Assembly: GCA_951406725.2 (NCBI GenBank)
Contig: OX597816.1
Location: 142,476,001-142,540,000, forward strand
DNA from: Octopus vulgaris
Lineage: Eukaryota
Direction: 5' to 3'
Length of the DNA stretch: 64,000 nucleotides
Numbering within the stretch: position 1 is the stretch's first letter; each line of letters opens with the position of its first letter. The notes below the pieces were generated by a model. That model was not told where the DNA came from, made no database searches, and worked only from the letters and a program-made list of their open reading frames with translations. Below, one piece after another: positions 1 through 13,921 of this stretch. The translations under genes and the position numbers were made by a program.

Positions 1-29
1 TGAAACCAAGATGGTGACCTGGCAGAATC

Positions 30-150
30 AGTAGCACTCCAGGCAGAATGTTCGGCATCATTTCATGTCTCTATGTTCTGAGTTCAAATTCTACCTCTTT
101 ACATTCTGAGTTCAAATCCTGCTGAAGTTGTCTTTGCTTTTCATCCTTCT
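30..150 (+). mobile_element. SINE fragment (family with core 'ctgagttcaaattc...gcctttcatcct')
   Basis: The same core recurs at about 17430, 20330, 27560 (-), 43250, 48530 and 56340 (-). Confidence 0.55.
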
Positions 151-949
151 GCAAACTAAAGTTTCATTTTTTACAGCGGCCTCAATTGAATTAGTTTTAA
201 TGCAAAAAAAAAAAGAAAGAAAGAAAAGGTGAAATCACTTCAATTGATAAAAAAAATAACTGCTTCCCCGAGTGCAGTATTTTAACCAGTAAATGTTTTG
301 ACCTGAATGGCACAACATAAAGTAACCATCTTTCATACATTGTCACAATATAATTTACACAAGTAATGAATTCTAAAACAAAAGAAAGAAGGCAGTAATG
401 TAAAATGTTCCAAAGCCACAACCATTCCCATTCAACCTAACTTAAAATGTTTTAACTCCTCATCACATGCCATGTTGTATATGGCACATATTGATTTTTA
501 CATTATTCGTTACAAGAAGTGATATTTAAAAGTTTAAAATAACAAATCATTTCTCTAGTCTTGTATGATCATGATTTCAATTTTTTTTTTATTCACTTTG
601 ATTTACAAGATAAAAAAAAATTTTGCAATCTTGTGTTCCTTCAAAAAATGTGCTGACCGCTGTAGAAGTGTATGAGATTGTTAATAAATTTAATATAGAG
701 GAACATAAAAAAATACTATTAGAAATAATTTTGTACTGTAACATCAATTCAATGGCAATATTATTTTCATAATTTTTGCAAGCAAGAGAGACAACCCCCT
801 ACATACTTCACTTTCCTTAAAACTCTTTAGTGAAGCTTAGACTTTTCCACATAGCCAATTTAGTAATGAATGCATCATTTAATAGTTGTAGAACAGAGTG
901 TATAATGGTGTTAGTTGTAGATTAGTAATATATGGCAGTCTGTTGGCTA

Positions 950-1240
950 TGATAAGGGTTCCAGTTGATTCGATTAACAGAACAGCCTACTCATGAAATT
1001 AACAGAGAAGTGACTGAGCACTCTACAGACATGTACACCCTTCATGTAGTTTTCAGCATGACACAGGATGTGACAATGCTGGCTTTTTGAAATACAGGTG
1101 CACCTCACTTTTGCCAGCTGAGTGGGCTGGAACAACATGAAATAAAGTGTCTTGCTCAGGGATTCAATGTTACACCAGGTATTGAACTCATGATGAAGGT
1201 CATATGCAAATACCCTAACCACTAAGTGATGTGCCTTCAC
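950..1240 (-). mobile_element. tRNA-derived SINE, degenerate
   Basis: Shares 'gataagggttccagttgat...cagcct..tcatgaaattaac...gagcactc..acagac' with the copy at 5860-5960. Confidence 0.6.
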
Positions 1241-1297
1241 AGATTAATAATATATAATAGTATATTGTAATAAGTAGTATATAATAGTTTATTGGTG

Positions 1298-2150
1298 TAT
1301 GGAGGTGGTATCAAAAAGTTCCCAGACTAGTTATTTTTAATAAACAATAATTTTTTACTTGAAGTTTTAACTTCATCTCTTTCAAAATAGTCACCTTGTG
1401 CAGCAATACACCAGTCTCAGTATTCCTGCCACTTTTGGAATCTGGCCTGGAAGTTGTTTTCCATAAGCAAGCCAAGGACCTTCTCCGATTCGTTCTGGCT
1501 CTCAGCAACAGTGTTAAAACAGTGACCTTTCAGCTGCATTTTCATCTTGAGGAAGAGATAGAAGTCTGCAGGTGCTAAATCTGGCAAATAGGGTCGGTGC
1601 AGAAGTGATACCATGTTGTTTTAGGCAAGTAACTCATGAATGAGGAGAGCTTGGTGACAGGGTACATTGTCATAGTGAAGAATCCAATTTTTCACGTTCC
1701 ACAGATCCAGTAGCTTTTGCCAAATATCCTCCCTCAAATGCTTCAAAACTTCATTGATTGTCCTCTAATGATCTTCATGCTCAAGCTGATGAATTTTCTC
1801 CACATTTCCAGAGATGATGATCAGGGCAGGTCTTTCAGGTCACACATCATCTTCTAGGGACATTTTCCCGCTTTTGAAGTGCCTATACCACTTGAAACAT
1901 TGTGTATGACCTATTGCCTCATCATCATAAGCTTGACAAAGCATGCTCAATGTCTCTGTAGCAGATTCCCCAAGTTTAACTCGAAATTTCATGTTGGCTC
2001 TTTGTTCCAACTTCCTGTCCATGACAAAATCACAGACTATTGCATACATGTAATCACAAAAACACAAATTTCACAACTTATAAAGTAAGCATAGCGATGT
2101 CACTCGGCAGGCACACTGCCTCAGGAAGGTCACTGCTACCTCTCACTTAG
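1298..2150 (-). mobile_element. mariner transposon remnant
   Basis: N-terminal HTH peptide EQRANMKFRVKLGESATETLSML...WYRHFKSG (1840-2067) and C-terminal HRPYLPDLAPADFYLF (YSPDLAP motif, 1417-1614). TIR 'ggtatcaaaaagttcccagactag' at about 1307 matches the reverse-complement end at about 36220-36250. Confidence 0.9.
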
Positions 2151-2916
2151 TCTAAAGACTGGCAGCTGATGTTTTGCAAACCCTCCAACAGTTCCTGTTT
2201 AGTTCTTACTCCTTTTTCCACCACCATGCATTCTAAATCTTCTTGATTTCCCATACAGTTATAAGGACATCATATGTGTAAGTCAATACTTTCTCACTAA
2301 ATCTTGGTTTAAAATAGATACTTTTCAGTACAAACAACTTCTGTTGTAAAAGCTCAAACCAGAGTTTACGAAACCAATAAGCAGGGGATACTTTAACAGA
2401 ACAAATACATACTCCCAGACAGTACTGACTGGTAAGCATTAAACCTGACCACTGAGCAGATACTGCTACATAATAATATATAGTCACAAGTAGAATGTAG
2501 ATGTTTTACAGTTTATTTCAAATATCAGCTTCTTATTTTGCTTTCAAGTTACTAAGAATTCAACATTATTGGAGAGCTTCAGGCTACTTCCATTGATAAA
2601 TTCATTTGTAGGTCAATGGTTAGTTAAAAGCCATGTGATGACCTATATTGCTGTGTGCCAATGTAACTGAGTCTATAATATCAGCATAGAAGAGAAAACT
2701 GCTGCTTAATTCTTCATTTAAAACTTTATGGATTTTCTAGGAAATAATGCTTGCTTTTATGTGTTGTAATTGATGGAGAAACTGATACATAAAAAATATT
2801 CCTAAAAATATTTGATTCTCTTGTGTGATTTCCTATTAATTACCATCTTATTGTTCCTTTGACATTAAGAATTCAGTTTATAATTGTTACCTTTTTTGTT
2901 TTTGTTCTTTTTTCAG

Positions 2917-3104
2917 TGGTTTTATCTCTATTTCTATTGATCTTGATAATTGTATTGTACATAATCTGCTACCATACAAGACAGAAAGGAGACTATGAAA
3001 CTAAAGAAGCTAAAGGTGCTGACTTGGCTGATAATCCAGATATGGCCATTATGTATAATCAAGAAGGTTTACCAATTCCCAAACGGCAAGAGTGGTTTGT
3101 TTAA
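2917..3104 (+). CDS. last coding exon of a neurexin IV / Caspr (contactin-associated protein)-like transmembrane protein
   Basis: Polypyrimidine tract plus cag acceptor at 2914-2916 (phase 1). Transmembrane helix VLSLFLLILIIVLYII, juxtamembrane band-4.1-binding motif RQKGDYETKEAKG, and C-terminal PDZ-binding end EWFV*. Confidence 0.85.
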
Positions 3105-4974
3105 AATTTCACAAGATTTCACACCAATCTGCATTCGGTTGTGGAACAGTTTAGGAATAACAGTGAAATGGGATTTAACACCGCCTTTCATCACGTCTTT
3201 GATGTGATATATCATATGAAACAGGCATTTATACATTTCATAGACATCATGAATATACACTACTCACATACAAACACAGCTGCTCACATACACACTTACA
3301 TAGGTATGCATCTGTATGCATGTGTGCACTCATGCATAAACAAGCATACATGTATGTTTGAATATACAAATTATAAGAACTAGAAATAATAAATATTGTC
3401 TTAATGAAATCTAACAAAGAAGCCTCCCTCTTCATGTTCTGCTGATCTATTTTATATCAGGAACTTGCAAAATATCTCCTTTAACAACAGAAGAAAATGA
3501 AAAAAAAGAAAAAAAAGCTAAAGAGAAAATATTTTTTTTAGTTCCAAAGTTAATGCTTAATTGGTTTAAGAACTAATCTTTGAGATTATCTAATAAATTC
3601 CCACATTATTTTACACTGCCGTGCCAATTCCATGAATTTTTAGTTTTCTTTTCTTATAAACAAATTTCTTTTAACAATTTTGTTAATCTATGAGGAATTC
3701 TTTGATTCTGTCATAATATCTGTAGATATGCCTTTTATTTTAGTGTTTAATTAGTTAGGATGAACAAACACCACCATTGATGTAAGGTAGTGGCATTCTA
3801 TAAATAAATATTTACAGGCATATTTTCATTTATATATATATATATATATATATATATGAAGTGTTTGAAATGTCACACCTTTTGAAGCTATTTTATTATA
3901 AAACAAGTGTGTGTATGTGTGTATAAAGTCAATATTTTTTTATTATTTTAATGAATTTTTTTTTTTACATTATCTTCTGATTTTGTATTATTTTCCTTAT
4001 TTTAAAAGACAATTTACCCCTCCAATGTAAATATATTCATTTCTGCTGGTTTCTCCATCTACACATTTTTTTTTTTTTACTTCAACTGAACAAAGTGGAA
4101 AGATCATATCACAATGTTTTGGACTGAAGTTTTCTAATTCTGCTTCCAAGATATTTTTTACTGTAGATGTATTCACCTGCAAATCTGATCAACAGCAAAG
4201 AAAATGAGCTGTATTGCAACCTTCTCAATTAGTTTGAATTTTGAAAATAAATTTTTATATTTTATACAAGAAATTTCATCGTTTGTTGTTATTGCTCATT
4301 ATTGATAATTTTGTTTCAATTTACAAACATGGTGGTTCTACAATAATTCAAAATATGAACATGTTCAGTTGGCTGTGATCAAAACAAAAAAAATATATGT
4401 TAGGTTAACACATTTGAAATTATTAGTCATTTATTCATTATTGCTGCTGTTTTTTAATGCCAAGGACATTACAGTGATGACCATACTGCTTTTTTATTCA
4501 GACATAGTATACTCTAGTCTATATAATTCAATGTATCCATCCTAATGAAATGATTTTAGGAAAATTTAGCTGCTATTTTTAACTATTCAATTGACTGTGT
4601 AAAAACTTTCCAGTTGGCTGGCTCATTATCATTTAGTTAAGCTGTAATTTACGAAAATATTACCTCCTTAATAACTGCTTTTGTAATCTTGTAAACTGTT
4701 TTAAGAACAGAGAAGTCTTTTTTTTTTTATCTTTTACTTGTTTCAGTCATTAGACTATGGCCTTGCTGGGGCACTACCTTGAAGAATTTTTAATCAAATG
4801 GATCAACCTCAGTACTTTTATTTTTTTCTTAGCCTGGTCTCTATCAGTCTCTTTTGCCAAATTTATAAACAAACCAACACCAGTTGTCAAGCAGTTTTGA
4901 GACACTGGTAACCCTCCTGCTATTACATTGTACTACCTATGAATTGGTTTGTAAAATTAAAGATATTCTTTTAT

Positions 4975-5280
4975 TCTTTTACTTGTTTGTCATTTGACTG
5001 CAGCCATGCTGGGGCACTGCCTTGAGGGGTTTTAGTTGAACAAATTGACCCCAGGGCTTATTTTTTTTAAGCCTAGTACTTATTTTATCAGTCTCTTTTG
5101 CTGAACTGCTAAGTTACAGGATGTAAACACACCAACACTGGTTGTCAAGCAGTGATGGGGGACAAACACACACATAGACATATATACATATATAATGTAT
5201 AAAACAGGTTCCTTTCAGTTTCCATCTACCAAATCCATTCTCAAGGCTTTGGTCAACCTGAGGCTATAACATAAGACAGT
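4975..5280 (-). mobile_element. SINE (same family as 37350-37785)
   Basis: Contains 'cagccatgctggggcac', 'agtacttatt' and 'caaggctttggtc'; internal CA repeat. Confidence 0.7.
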
Positions 5281-5824
5281 GCTACTCAATGTGGTGGTCT
5301 GCAGACCAGTGCCAGTCTGTGAACCCTCAGTTGCTGGTACACAGCAAGTTTCCAGAAAAGAAAGAAACATTATAAAATGCTTTCAAATGCTTATAAAATG
5401 CTTATGTAATATTGAATTATTTTTTACAAAATAAATATAAAATAAAAATAATTGTCAACTGTTATTATATTCATTATATATATTGTTTCTGGTATAAATT
5501 AATATTACTAAGAAATATTACTGGTTCCTGGCACATGAAAAAAAAAACTGCCAGTATGCCACATCAGATAGTTTGAGAAGCTCTGGTATAAGACACTTGC
5601 CCAAGGTGCAACACAGTGGGACTGAACATGGAACCATATATATATATATGCATGCACACGATAGTCTTCTTTCAGTTTCAGTCTATCAAATTCATTCACA
5701 AGACTTTGGTCAGTCCAAGGCTATAATAGAAGACACTTGCCAAAGATTCCACACAGTAGAACTGAACCTGGAAACATATGGTTGGGAAGCAAGCTTCTTA
5801 CCACACAGTCACACCTGGGGAACT

Positions 5825-6210
5825 TTTTTCAGTGCTAAAGACCATGGCACCCCGTTGGTTACGACAAGGGTTCCAGTTGATCCAATCAATGGAACAGCCT
5901 GCCCGTGAAATTAACGTGCATGTGGCAGAGCACTCCACAGACACATGTACCCTTAACGTAGTTCTTGGGGAGATTCAGCGTGACACAGTGTGTAACAAGG
6001 CTGGCCCTTTGAAATACAGGTACAACAGAAACAGGAAGAAAGAGTGAGAGAAAGTTGTGGTGAAGGAGTACAGCAGGGTTCGCCACCACCCTTTGGCAGA
6101 GCCTCATGGAGCTTTAGGTGTTTTCACTCAATAAACACTCACAATGCCTCATTTGGGAATCGAAACCATAAGTCCACTGTCCTAACCACTGGGCCATTGC
6201 ACCTCTACAG
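5825..6210 (-). mobile_element. tRNA-derived SINE
   Basis: Reverse-complement head 'gaggtgcaatggcccagtggttagg...gtttcgattccc' with A and B boxes; related to the 11553-11844 copy. Confidence 0.75.
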
Positions 6211-6299
6211 CCAAAGATAAATTAAAAGTCTATAAGAACCTATTTGTGTATTTGTGTACTAAGAAAAATAATGAATCTTAAAGTTCACAAACAAATTCA

Positions 6300-7255
6300 T
6301 AAGCAGTACAGTGTAATAACAAGAGGATAACTGGTGTGCCTAGGTAATCCTTTCACTTGACCAGTAACCTCCAAAACAATATAATATATAGTACTACCCC
6401 ACCAAAAATGCTGTCTGGGACAGACCCCCTACCTCACCTTACTTTCTTTTAGCTATACTTGTGCACAGGTATCAATCTTTCATTCAATTACCACCTTTTA
6501 GTCAAAGCTTAAACAAGCAAGATTTTTTATTCTTCTTCCATGGATTTTTTAGGTTTCAACTATAGATGATGACTTCCAAAAACAATTTTTCATGCTCAGA
6601 ATTACTGAAGCATGGAATAGACTACCTGCATTTGGTTATTAGCTTTTAGGATACTACATTCTTCAAAACTTCCATGCTTCCCAAAATTCACTGATAGTAC
6701 ACCTGATGCCACCACCCCCACCCCCCGCGAACTTTATTTTAAACTAGCAGTATCGCCTGGCGTTGCTCGGGTTTGTTTCGACCCTTTAGAATTGGAAGTT
6801 TTGAAAAGTAAAAATTTTGCATTATGTAGCTTATTATTCTCTTTAGGTGAACATTTTTCTGGTTGGAATACACCGAAAAATGGTGACACAGCAGTCAAAA
6901 GATCATAAAAAAAAGGGATTTTCATAGAAAAAAGCACCTTTTTGATGTAAATAATTTTTGGTCTTAACCAGGTCCAATGTGAATTTTTTCTTCGGCGGAA
7001 GGAAGAGCAAGCTTTCTTCTATCATACTCTCAATTTTGGTCAATTTGCACCGCAGGGTCTCGGAGGAGATAGTGTTAGTTGAAGGCTACCAATATGCCAC
7101 ACACAGACAACTTCAGCTTTATATATAGAGAGATTACTCATTTACTGTTTGCTTTCTGTGCAATATTTTTTGTCCTGTACATGCACTTTTGGCTACCTTT
7201 TCTGATGAGTTGTAGTGCACCTAAGCACTGTATACAATAAGTTAATTATTATTAT
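6300..7255 (+). mobile_element. CR1/L2-like LINE 3' end, interrupted by a Helitron
   Basis: 6590-6690 matches 60455-60560 (RVAEAWNKLP-type end). The 3' tail 'gatgagttgtagtgcacct' is shared with 60590. Confidence 0.6.
6744..7133 (-). mobile_element. non-autonomous Helitron
   Basis: Minus strand starts 5'-TC (7133) and ends CTAG-3' (6744), between host A and T, with a subterminal GC hairpin and no TSD. Its 3' end is near-identical to that of the 16991-17387 copy. Confidence 0.8.
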
Positions 7256-8289
7256 AACTCCATGGATAATCTCAGTTAATAAAAGTACTTCAACTTACTA
7301 TATTGCATATGCAAGACACTACTATCATGTAGGTAAGATGACAATTGTTGAAAATTCTCTGAAGAATTTAGTATATAGTTAAGTATATACCCAAGTTCTG
7401 TCTTCAGTTCCTTTCTTTTCTGGGTGGGCATGGTGTCTGATTATGTCTTTGAACCTATTTTCCCTGCAGATTTCAATTTGAGAGATCATACAAAGGTTTC
7501 GGGCAATGTGCCCACTTTATTGATTAACTTATAGCTCATCTCTCTCTATCTATGAAACACACACACTCATATAATGTATATGTACAGATACATTTACATG
7601 TACCAGTTCAATCTCAAGTATCTGAGAGAGCCTGCAGTGTTCATGCACACTGATATCTGGCTTGCATGTTTGCTTCATTAGTGAATGCTCGGGTGAATGA
7701 ATGGTTTTCTAAAGTTAGTGTTGCAAATGGTTTGTCATTTGCATCACAGAGTTCTAAGAGTTTTGCTCTCTCTTTGTTCTAAGTACCAATAAACATAACT
7801 TCCAGGTACACCAGAAAAGACGATATGGTGTTGCTCAACATATCAAACCTACAGTCATGATAACAATGTTACTGTTATCTGTAATTGAGGTGGTATAACA
7901 AAGAAACTCATAGATATGACCCTTTTGCTTATGTGTCTGTCTTGGCTGTAGTACATATACAGAGATAACTAGTGCTTCTGTGTTGCCTGTGACAAATCTA
8001 AGCTTCATTATTTAGTTACATATAATATATCAAAAGACAAATGAATACTAGCAGAATTTTAACTAAAACATGTATTTAGAAATACACCAGGTGTTTTTTT
8101 AATTAAATAATGTCAGGTGGGGCTGCAGTGCTCATGACCACTGCAGGCTTTGTACACACATACATTATATGAGTGTGTATGTGTGTTTCAAAGATAGAAA
8201 GAAAGGCTGTAAGTTAATCAGTAAAGTGAGCACAATCCCTGTGACATTTGCATGATCTCTCAAACTGAACTTCTGCAGGGAAAATACAC

Positions 8290-9140
8290 TCAAAGAAAGA
8301 AACAGGGTGTCTGGTCCAAATGATTACAGTAGAGTTAACTTCACAAAAGGCAACCTAAGTGGCAATGTGAAATCAGATGGCATGCTAGATTTATCTGATA
8401 CTTTTCCATCTTATCCAAGAGATGATAAAAGCTTGAAACTCCTGCTAGATAGAAATTTTCGAATTCCACAAAATTAAATCCTGTCTGATATTGAATAATA
8501 ATAAAGATAATGTGACTCAGATATTGATGTCATAAAGAAGTCAAGGTTAAGGAGTTCTTTTATTCAACAACAGTTGTAGTGCTAATATCTAATCTTCCAA
8601 TTCTTAACAGTGGAAAATTATTTCTCAATACTTCAGGATAAATTTTGAAATCTTGAAATATACAGGGATTTTTTTCTTCAAATTTTCATTGATTCTCCTT
8701 AAAAATCAATATTTTAATTGATGTGCAAAATCAATAACTTGGCAGTTTAAGCCTCACCAGTACTATGGTTGTCATTCCATTTAATCAGGTGTTGAGATAT
8801 TGATTTCTTTTCCAGCAGGTACAAAGGGCAGGACCTATAATTTAACAAGTGAAAAGGAATATTGCCACATTCATGCCTTTTCCTAAGGGCATCAGCATAG
8901 ATGAAACATCTTCAACCAGCAATAGAAACCATATTATCTTCTTGTTTGGCCAGGAGCATTGTTATCTGTTCTCTTGCTCTACAGTACTCACCTCAAATAA
9001 GATGATGATTTCCAAAACAGTCTTCTGTAAACGTTTTTTAAAAACTTATCAAAAATATTTGGGTGATGCCCAGGGAATATTATTCTGTATCTATTCCATA
9101 ATGTTAGCTTCATTATTTGTATTGATAGCCTGTTGAGCAA
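8290..9140 (-). mobile_element. highly decayed non-LTR retrotransposon RT fragment
   Basis: Minus-strand peptide remnants resemble the RT QGDSLSPLLF region near 8500-8520; many stop codons. Confidence 0.35.
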
Positions 9141-9892
9141 CCCCATAAGAGGCTCCCAAGTTGGCTCAATTACTCCCTAGTTGTATTCAATTGTGTTATA
9201 TTCAGTTGGATTGTATATATTGCCTTGTGTTGTCATGTTGATGATACCGCTGTTATTATTGATATTGTTGATGTAGCTGCTGCTACAGCTGCTGTTGCTG
9301 TTATTGTTATTCATTTTGTTGATGTTGTACATCAACAGTATTAATAATTATTGGTGAATATTGCTTAATTTTGATCAATCAGACCTATGAACAATAAACA
9401 CTGTAACCATAGTTGTCTCATCTTTTTTTGCAGAAACAGTGTTTCTGTGATTGTATCCAATGTGATCTTCACTTTTTGAGATAAGGAGTGATTTGAGAGA
9501 ATTTGGTGGTAATTTCTAGTATGTCAAGCAACCATATTAAAGCAATAGCAACAATTTTTGTTGTTTTGTGCTCTGCTGTGCTGTGTTGTCTTGCTGGCAA
9601 GGTTTGGACTCTATGACAGGATCTAATGGGGGATAAGGATTTTATTATGTTCCAGTATCTGGTTTGGTATGGTTTCTATGGCAGGATGCCTTTCCTAATA
9701 TCAACCACCTTTGAGCATGTACTGGTTGCTTTTTTTTCATCTCTTGAGCCCTTGTGAGGTCACCATACAGCTCACAGAGGAGATGAGGGAGTAAAGTATG
9801 AAAAAATGGGAGGGAGAAGGGGTAAGCAGACTCTTGTAGAGAAACTACAAGGTTACTCATCTTTAGGAGAGAGTAAGAACGGTAGGAGCTGC

Positions 9893-10762
9893 AAGGACAT
9901 TTTACCCCCTGCAGGACAATTCCCCCCAATGACAACTATCCCCTAGGACAGTCACCTCTCTTGTTAATTACCCCCTCTCCAATATATTAAGTAGTTTTAA
10001 ATCATCATCTAAAAGTACAAATTGTGTGTTTCCTTGCAAATATTGTACCACATTTATGTTTTCATAATTGCTAACTGGCATTAATACTGGCTGAAACATC
10101 TAAATATTCTTTTTTAGATGGCTGTTTAGCAAAACCCGCCAAGGATTGAGTGTATAAAATTCATCAGTATTTAAGCTGCAGGGCCAAATTGGGGGAAAAT
10201 TTTTGTTTTATCCACACATAAAGTGCACCAGTGTTTAAAAGACGTATAAAGCTACAGGTGCACAGCTAGCTTTTGTGTTGTTGACATGTATATAGATTCA
10301 AAATGCCATATTTTATAACTATGAGATGTATTATGATTTTATCTTACTAAAACCAACAACAAATATATTTCGTCAATATTAAAGTCTTTATTTGATTAAA
10401 AATAACATTATCAAAATGTGAACATTATCAAAATATAAAAAGAAATATACTTTGCTTCTTTCAGGCACCAATGTACTGTAGCAGTAGTCTTTCACATTGT
10501 TTACCGACTAACTTTTCCTCTGAAAAAATCAGTGGAATCATCTGATCTCCATACACAAATTATTTTCCTCCAAAAACTTATAAAACATACACAAATTAGG
10601 CACACCTTTCCCTAAGCCACACACTAAATTTCTCAGGTAAAAAGGGTGGCTTATACATTGGAAAATACAGTACACATCGGGGGGTTAACTGCTTAAGGAT
10701 AATTGTCCTAAGGGGTTGTTGTCCTCAGGGGTACTTGTCCATGGGGTGGGGTAAATGTCCTA
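9893..10762. mobile_element. putative non-autonomous TIR element with repetitive subterminal arms
   Basis: Left 'aggacattttacccc' followed by repeated 'ggaca..' units; right end carries reverse-complement units ending 'ggggtaaatgtccta'. Confidence 0.5.
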
Positions 10763-11552
10763 GACTCAGTCCAGATGGCTTCTCAATGTACGAGATGTGT
10801 AGAAGTGTGTTGGGACAGGATTTTGCAAGAATTTATGGGCGAGCAAGAGATGTGAGCAGATAGGAGGTAAGTAACAACTTTAAAGATTGGGATTGAAAAG
10901 TGTTGGGAGTAATGGATGACCAATGATGCATGCGTTGGGGAATGTAGAGGGGTGGGGGAGAGCAACAGGATAGTAATAGTGATAGTAGTGATGATACAGT
11001 TAACAGGGAAAACAAGAAAGAGATGACATGTGGTTGAGATGGGGAGAGAGGCAGGTATAGTGCATGAGAGGAGATAATTAGGTGAGAGAGATGAATCACT
11101 AATGTGGGCGAGAACAATGCTTAATGGATGAAGAAAGACTAACAAGTAAAATAGTTCAAGGTATCAAGAAAGTACAATTATCTTGGTGTGTGGAGAGGGG
11201 GTAGTCACAATGGTTGGAGGAGAGTTCAGAGAAGACTGGACAAGGTGTCTATATGTACTTATACATGCAAACAGTGCATGTAGGAGTCAGTTTCACAAAG
11301 TTGGGCAGATTTTCTTGAGATCCTCGTATTGCTAGAAATCCTGGTCCTTTCTCATCTTCTCCATGAGGTTAAGGGTCTTGAGATCAGCCTTACAATTTTG
11401 TCCCATGTTTTTCTAGGTCTTCATTTTCCATGCCCAGAATTTCCACTCTAATACTTCTATAAATTCAGCTAGATCATCAATATATGGGAGTTGTCAAGGA
11501 CATCCAGTTGTAAACGCTCTGTGATGGCCTGTTGGACAAATATATATATATA

Positions 11553-11843
11553 TCACGTGATCACGTGACCGACCAGACCATCAGATGTTTTACACATCGC
11601 TGGTCACAATGCGTTCGCATTGTTTTAGCCTTCGAATAACGCCACCCCGCTGGCTAAGCGAGCAGGCCAACAGAAAAAAGAGTGGGAGAAAGAGTACAGC
11701 AGGGATCACCACCCCCTGCCGGAGCCTCGTGAAGCTCTTAGGTGTTTTCACTCAACAAACACTCACAACGCCCGGTCTGGGAATCGAAACCGCGATCCTA
11801 CGACCGCGAGTCTGCTGCCCTAACCACTAGGCCATTGCGCCTC

Positions 11844-11844
<1 letters not shown>
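11553..11844 (-). mobile_element. young tRNA-derived SINE inserted in (TA)n
   Basis: Head 'ggaggcgcaatggcctagtggttagggcagcagactcgcggtcgtaggatcgcggtttcgattccc' with A/B boxes; CpGs are intact. Confidence 0.85.
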
Positions 11845-11894
<50 letters not shown>

Positions 11895-11961
11895 ATTTAA
11901 TAAATAAAATATATGCATACATACATATATGTACGTACCTACATCTGCATGTATATATACA

Positions 11962-12017
<56 letters not shown>

Positions 12018-12469
12018 TACAGGACACCACAAATAGACTTAGAACTCAACGAGAAACAAAAACATACATGGAAACGGACTATTTTTTTAACAACGAAAAA
12101 ACAGAGTACAAGACAAACAATACAAGGAATATTCCCCTTCATCAGCTGTCCCTGGTTCGACTCCATGCGTGTTTCGAAGGTAAGGACAGAACAAAACCCG
12201 TCGAACCGGTCCTTCCTGCAAAAGAATTAAATAAAATTCCTTTGCAGAGGGGTAAAAACAAGAAAAGAAAAAAATGTGACAAGAACAGGACGTAAAAGCA
12301 ATACAAATATAAATACAAATGCAAATACAAAAAATACAGTACACATAAAGAATAAAAACAGGACAAGGAAACCAACATTGAGGGCCTTTTTTTAAGCCTA
12401 GACGATGGAAAAATTCAGAGCACAAGAAAAAAGTCATGTTGACCTGTAGAAGGCTGCGGGCGAAAGGAA

Positions 12470-13135
12470 GCTGGTCGAGTGTGTGTGTGTTATGTATGGA
12501 TGAGGACAGCTTGTGTGAGGAAATGCCACTCCTTAACTGTGGAAGGAACCTGTGGCAGAGGTAGACCCTGGAAGACATGGGATGAAGTGAAGCATGACCT
12601 TCAAACATTGGGCCTCACAGAGGCAATGACAGGAGACCGAGACCTTTGGAAATATGCTGTTTAAGAAGACCCGGCAACTAAAGTGAGATTGCAGCCATGC
12701 ATATCTGGCCCAGTTAAAAGTACTTCTGATGCATCAGGCGATATGATATGCTTGAGAAGGCCTGTTGAGTCAAGTAAAACCAATATCATAGCTGTGGTCA
12801 GTGTCCCCTGACTGGTTCCCATGCTGGTGGCATGTAAAAAGCACTATATAAATGTGGCCAATGCCAGTACCCACTAACTGGCCCCTGTGCCAGTGACATG
12901 TAAACAGCACTATCTGAACATAATCGATGTCAGGCCCGCCTGACTGGCTCCTGTGCTAGTAGCATGTAAAAAGCATCCACTACACTCTCGGAGTGGTTGG
13001 TGTTAGGAAGGGCATCTAGCTGTAGAAACATTGTCAGATCAGATTGGAGCCTGGTGCAGCTGCTGGCTCTCCAGATCTCAGTCAAACCGTCCTACCCATG
13101 CCAGCATAGAAAACGGATGTCAAACGATGATGATG

Positions 13136-13140
<5 letters not shown>
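12470..13140 (+). mobile_element. RTE-clade LINE 3' end
   Basis: Peptide LTVEGTCGRGRPWKTWDEVKHDLQTLGLTEAMTGDRDLWKYAV, 3' UTR with tandem 'ggcatgtaaaaagcac' units and a (GAT)n tail; same family as 21140-22588. Confidence 0.85.
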
Positions 13141-13194
<54 letters not shown>

Positions 13195-13503
13195 GTGTGT
13201 GTGTATACATGTATGTATGTGTGTGTGTCAACATCCATGTTTATGGCCTATGTCCCACAAATTGGCAATAGAAATCGATAAAACAAATATTAGACTTTAA
13301 AATAAGTACCGAAGTTAAATTATTAAGACTAGATCCTTGAAGACAGTGCTCCAGCATGGTTCTGTTTAAGTTCTGCAAGCATTAAAAGAACCTTATATAT
13401 TTATATACCCGTCTATCTTATCTATTTATCTGTCTCTATGTATGCCTATATCTATCAATCTCTTTATATATCCTTTTATTCTGCGCGCGTGCACACACAA
13501 ACA

Positions 13504-13535
<32 letters not shown>

Positions 13536-13921
13536 TACACCTAGCCGTTCCATTAATTAAACCATTAAATATGTATTTATGTATCTTTCCATTCGTCCAC
13601 CTGGCATGAACTAAAATAACCTAGGTAGAACTGCAAAACCAAGAACAGATATAACAAGAGTTATCTCCCTTAGCCACCTCCTTATGTCATTCTCTTTCGA
13701 ATAAGCTAAGTGAATGAGCAAAAGCTGAGGCAAGAATCGATTTTTATTATACCTTAATGGTGTAATAAAAATCATTTTTTGCCTCAACTTTTGCTCGCTC
13801 ACTTAGCTTATTCAAAATTTGCGTGTTATAGACAAGAAAATATAAAAATTGGATCGAACAGGTAAGTTGTCTCACCATTCATTAATTGTTTTGTTGACTT
13901 TGCACTTTCCTAATGATTCAC

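Noticed and set aside
7200-7240. CTGATGAG resembling a hammerhead core
   Set aside because: No stem II-GAAA follows; it is part of a LINE 3' UTR also seen at about 60590.
11770-11844. tRNA-like sequences (also 18755-18820 and 35436-35513)
   Set aside because: No complete acceptor stem; they continue into repeat bodies and are therefore SINE heads rather than tRNA genes.
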